Virus record (IMG/VR): IMGVR_UViG_3300023237_000017
Span: 1-47,056 of that record
DNA: 47,056 nt
Source: a virus
Lineage: Duplodnaviria > Caudoviricetes
Reading direction: 5' to 3' (one strand)
The notes beneath the pieces were generated by a model, which was not told the origin of the DNA, ran no database searches, and was given only the letters and a program-made list of their open reading frames with translations. Both the position numbers and the translations under genes were made by a program. The stretch's first letter is position 1. Every line of letters begins with the position of its first letter. Positions 44,069 through 47,056 of the stretch are shown piece by piece.

Positions 44069-44424
44069 GCGACGCTGCTCCACTTGCCAGCCAGCGGGCG
44101 GGTTGCCTCGTAGTGGGCTTTGCATTTGCCCATCGTGTAACCGTCAATCTGGTGTTTCTTCGCGCCGCAGGGTTTCAGTCCCTTCGGGGTCTGGACCCAA
44201 TGAGTGCAGGTTTTCGATGGTGGGGGCTGGTTGCCTTTCCAGTGCGAAATTATCGGGGCGGCGACATGGTAATCTGGCGTCTCCATGCGCTCACGCTTCT
44301 GGCGGATCGCGCTGGAAACACGACGCCCGGAGTCGAGACCTAGCGCCTCTGCAATGTCGCGGGGCCTCATGCCCTGCTCGTGGAGGACCATGATTTTTGC
44401 GAGTTGCCCGGTGTGGCGGGTCAT
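44065..44424 (-). CDS. GcrA-like regulator
   Basis: L.EQG....DIA..LG HTH plus C-terminal TC.HW...CG....C..H. Confidence 0.55.
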   Translation of the reverse strand: MTRHTGQLAKIMVLHEQGMRPRDIAEALGLDSGRRVSSAIRQKRERMETPDYHVAAPIISHWKGNQPPPSKTCTHWVQTPKGLKPCGAKKHQIDGYTMGKCKAHYEATRPLAGKWSSVA

Positions 44425-45272
44425 GCTGCTTGCTCCTGTGGCTGGGTTAGTCCGAATTTCTCGTACAGGGCGCGCGGGTAGGCCGCTGAAGGGCTGTTCG
44501 GGGCCATCGTGTGGCCATGCCGATCGCCGTACCATTCCCCTGTCTTGGCGAACGCCTCGAAGCAGAACTCCAGCGCGTCCACCGGCTCGGCTGTAGCCTG
44601 CCCCATGTCACGCGGCATCCAGTTTTCGTAAAAGCCACCAGACAACCATGTGTGCAGTCCCTTGTGGTAGCCGCCCTCTGTCGTCTTGGCGTACATGCGA
44701 GCCGCTCTGACGATGGCCCTCAGGTCATGCGTTTTGGAAATTCGCTTCAGCAGATCAGTACAAAGCGCCTTTGATTTCGATCGGGACAATCCTGTCTTGG
44801 ACCAGGCCTTCCATATTTCTTCCAAAGCAAGCGAGGCGTCGTCAGACGACCCTTTAGGTTCTAAGGGAGGTTTTGGAAGGTTTGGGTCAACGGGGCTTAC
44901 GTGTGACGTAAACGTGGTTGACGGGGCCACGTCAGCCTGTTTTACGGGTACAGATTTTGACCCGTCCATATTTTTACCCGTCACGAAGGGAAGCGCGTGG
45001 ACTTTTTGGAGGTCAATACGGTATTCGATCGTGAACCCATTTGAGCACTTTCGCTTACCGTCCTCGATCAGAATGCCGTCTTCCAGAAGCCCCTTGATTG
45101 TCGATATGACACCCTGACGACTGGCCTCAATCTCGTTGGCAATCGTCGCCTTCGAACACCACACTCCGGTGCCGTCATCATTGGCGCGGTCTGCCATGTA
45201 GGACAGAACGGCCTTGCGCATCATGGAGCCGATCTTCTTGCGGTAGACGAGAGAGACAATGTGCTTGCTCAT
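44421..45272 (-). CDS. Replication initiator (lambda O-like, N-terminal wHTH)
   Basis: K.VL..MAD.AND.G...W.S..TIA......R..V..I..L...G.L; internal iterons; W..W..., TWL....YE; coupled to helicase. Confidence 0.85.
   Translation of the reverse strand: MSKHIVSLVYRKKIGSMMRKAVLSYMADRANDDGTGVWCSKATIANEIEASRQGVISTIKGLLEDGILIEDGKRKCSNGFTIEYRIDLQKVHALPFVTGKNMDGSKSVPVKQADVAPSTTFTSHVSPVDPNLPKPPLEPKGSSDDASLALEEIWKAWSKTGLSRSKSKALCTDLLKRISKTHDLRAIVRAARMYAKTTEGGYHKGLHTWLSGGFYENWMPRDMGQATAEPVDALEFCFEAFAKTGEWYGDRHGHTMAPNSPSAAYPRALYEKFGLTQPQEQAA
44886..44982. repeat. Iterons; probable replication origin inside the initiator gene
   Basis: 15-mers GTCAACGGGGCTTAC (44886), GTAAACGTGGTTGAC (44908), GTCAGCCTGTTTTAC (44931); ATTTT(G/T)ACCCGTC at 44954 and 44970. 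Confidence 0.65.
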
Positions 45273-46705
45273 CGGCTTCCCTCGATCGCTTGCAATTCAG
45301 ACGCGTCAGACAGAACCAGGTCGCAACCCAGATCAATCCAGAGGTCAACTGGACCAATTCTTCCCATGCGGTTTTTGGCCACATACAGCTCAACCTTGTT
45401 CTTGGTCCGCATGTTGTCCTCTTGCCATGTGCGGTGGCCAGCAGGGTCAGTCTTCCAGTCCGGTTCTTGTCGGGCGATGTAGTAGTTTTCACGGTAGACG
45501 AAGAACACCTTGTCCGCGTCCTGTTCGATTGATCCGCTGTCCCTCAGGTCATCCAGTGTCGGGCGCTTGTCCTCACGGCCCTTCAGGCGGGCAAGCTGGC
45601 TAAGAACGATGACAGGACAGCCCATGTCTTTGGCAAGCGCCTTAAGCGCGCCAGTAACTTTCCCAACAGCAACAGAGTGGTTTTCACCCCGGTCCTTTTC
45701 GATGTTCATAATCTGCAAGTAGTCAACCACAATCAGGTCGAGGCCGCCCAGCATCTTGGCCGCCGATCGGCTCTTGATGAGAATTTCACGGGCACTTTGC
45801 GATGAGCGTGAGTTGATAACAATGTTTTTGGGGAGGGCGTCAGGGATGCCGTCAAGACGGTCCATCGCTGCGATCGTGACTGTCGCATTGTCAAGGTCGC
45901 GGTAATCAACCTTTTCAACACCCCGCCGTAGAGCTTCGGCTGATATTGTGCGCATGGCGAGCTGTTCTTCGCTCATCTCCTGACTGAACAGGGCAACACG
46001 CTTTCCCTTGAAGCCCGCCCCGAACGCAATGTTGCGAGCAACGCAAGTCTTTCCCATAGAAGAAGCGCCAGCGACGATAACCAGGTCGCCCGATCGCAGA
46101 CCGCCTATGAAATTGTCCAGCTTGGCAATACCCGTAGCAATGCCGCGCTCACCACCAGTTTCAATGGAGTGACGAACATCAGCCAAAACACTGCGGGCAA
46201 GATCAGGTGTGCGAGACCAGTCCTGTTCCGGTGTTCCGACAACACTGCTGCGCATCTTGTCCATGCTGCCCTCGAAGGCGGTCAGCACCATTGCCGGGTC
46301 TGTGTATCCCTCACCAAGGCCAAGAGCGCTCTCCCGCAATTCATCAGCAAGGCGGATCAGTTCGCGGCGCTGGTGCGTATCGATAATCATTTTAACGGAA
46401 TCGTTGATCTCTGCCCCAAACACCTCATAGTCGAGGAAGTCTGCTAGCTTGTCCTCACCGCCGAAGCTGGCAACGAATGATTCACCAAGATAATCAACCA
46501 AGCGAGGGCCATTGGCGATGCTGCCCTTTTTGATCAGGTCACGCATTCCACCCCATATGCGGGCGTTGGATTCAATGTAAAAATGATCAGAAAGCAGGGC
46601 ATCGCACCGCGACATGGCAGCATTATCGAATAGAACAGATCCAATAACAGCCCACTCAGAATCGATGCTATAAGGCGCGGTTCTATTGTTCTGTGTCGAT
46701 GTCAT
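45269..46705 (-). CDS. dnaB: DnaB-like replicative helicase
   Basis: P.S..SE.AVIG, TG...LD..IGGL, AG.SSMGKT, FS.EMS, VVDYLQ, LSQL.R, RP.L.DLRDSGSIEQDAD, KNRMG. Confidence 0.96.
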   Translation of the reverse strand: MTSTQNNRTAPYSIDSEWAVIGSVLFDNAAMSRCDALLSDHFYIESNARIWGGMRDLIKKGSIANGPRLVDYLGESFVASFGGEDKLADFLDYEVFGAEINDSVKMIIDTHQRRELIRLADELRESALGLGEGYTDPAMVLTAFEGSMDKMRSSVVGTPEQDWSRTPDLARSVLADVRHSIETGGERGIATGIAKLDNFIGGLRSGDLVIVAGASSMGKTCVARNIAFGAGFKGKRVALFSQEMSEEQLAMRTISAEALRRGVEKVDYRDLDNATVTIAAMDRLDGIPDALPKNIVINSRSSQSAREILIKSRSAAKMLGGLDLIVVDYLQIMNIEKDRGENHSVAVGKVTGALKALAKDMGCPVIVLSQLARLKGREDKRPTLDDLRDSGSIEQDADKVFFVYRENYYIARQEPDWKTDPAGHRTWQEDNMRTKNKVELYVAKNRMGRIGPVDLWIDLGCDLVLSDASELQAIEGSR

Positions 46706-46841
46706 CGTTTTTGCCCAGCCCATTGAATTGATTTAGCACATTCTTCGCAGCGTCGCCAATCGTGACGAAGCCGGGAATGGCTGGCGGCTTGTCCGCTTTT
46801 CCGGCATTGTCCGGTGCGGGAATTGTGGTATTAGAAGTCAT
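46683..46841 (-). CDS. 52-aa hypothetical protein
   Basis: GAGGAG RBS; MTSNTTIPAP...DTEQ*; overlaps the helicase start. Confidence 0.4.
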   Translation of the reverse strand: MTSNTTIPAPDNAGKADKPPAIPGFVTIGDAAKNVLNQFNGLGKNDDIDTEQ

Positions 46842-46875
46842 CGGGGCGCTTCTCCTCTAAGTGGGCGCTTCGTAA

Positions 46876-46941
46876 GGGCGGCTTGAGGTCTGAAACACCT
46901 CGCCGCCCGCCTTTTATCCCCTAGAACGCGAACCATTGCAA
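46876..46941 (-). promoter_or_regulatory. Possible promoter and leader hairpin of the replication operon
   Basis: TTGCAA-17-GATAAA followed by hairpin GGGCGGC-GAGGT-loop-ACCTC-AA-GCCGCCC. Confidence 0.3.
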
Positions 46942-47056
46942 GGGCTTACTATCGCAAATCACGGCGCAAGTCCGCCAGTGTCCGCCCGTATTCGCCGCCG
47001 TACATGTCCATGCAGGTCATCCGCAGAGCGTGTGTTACCATGGTTTCCGAACGGTC

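Noticed and set aside
1-47056. CRISPR array, tRNA, reverse transcriptase (DGR/retron), integrase, DNA or RNA polymerase
   Set aside because: No regularly spaced repeats, tRNA cloverleaf with T-loop, or catalytic motifs were seen by eye; tRNAscan and HMM searches would be needed to exclude them formally

Overview
The window is most of the genome of a GC-rich podovirus, probably infecting an alphaproteobacterium (GcrA-like gene, RcGTA-type head-spike pair, alpha-type DnaK motifs). It joins lambdoid early modules to a BPP-1/epsilon15/T7-type virion module. Left end, + strand (1-4520): ERF annealase, YqaJ exonuclease, two HNH nucleases and small ORFs. Right end, - strand (47056-41439): DnaB helicase, O-like initiator with iterons, GcrA-like and HTH regulators, DHH phosphoesterase. 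The late region (- strand) encodes TerS, TerL, portal, head spike base and fibre, scaffold, capsid, adaptor, a split nozzle, ejection proteins including a 3081-aa polyvalent protein, a lysis cassette and a beta-helix tailspike. No integrase or CI-type repressor was recognised; the immunity region may lie outside the window. The most unusual elements are: (1) a lidless, linker-mutated Hsp70/DnaK translationally coupled between a 4-TM coiled-coil protein and the endolysin; (2) an ejected polyprotein whose cargo modules (two ADP-ribosyltransferase folds, HTHs, unknown domains, a zincin) are bounded by recurring L-x-Q motifs; (3) three unannotated coupled micro-membrane peptides; (4) a moron with divergent promoters, a leaderless RHH regulator and a switch-like structured RNA leader; (5) a recurring candidate late-promoter motif. 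All calls come from reading motifs by eye; no database searches were run.
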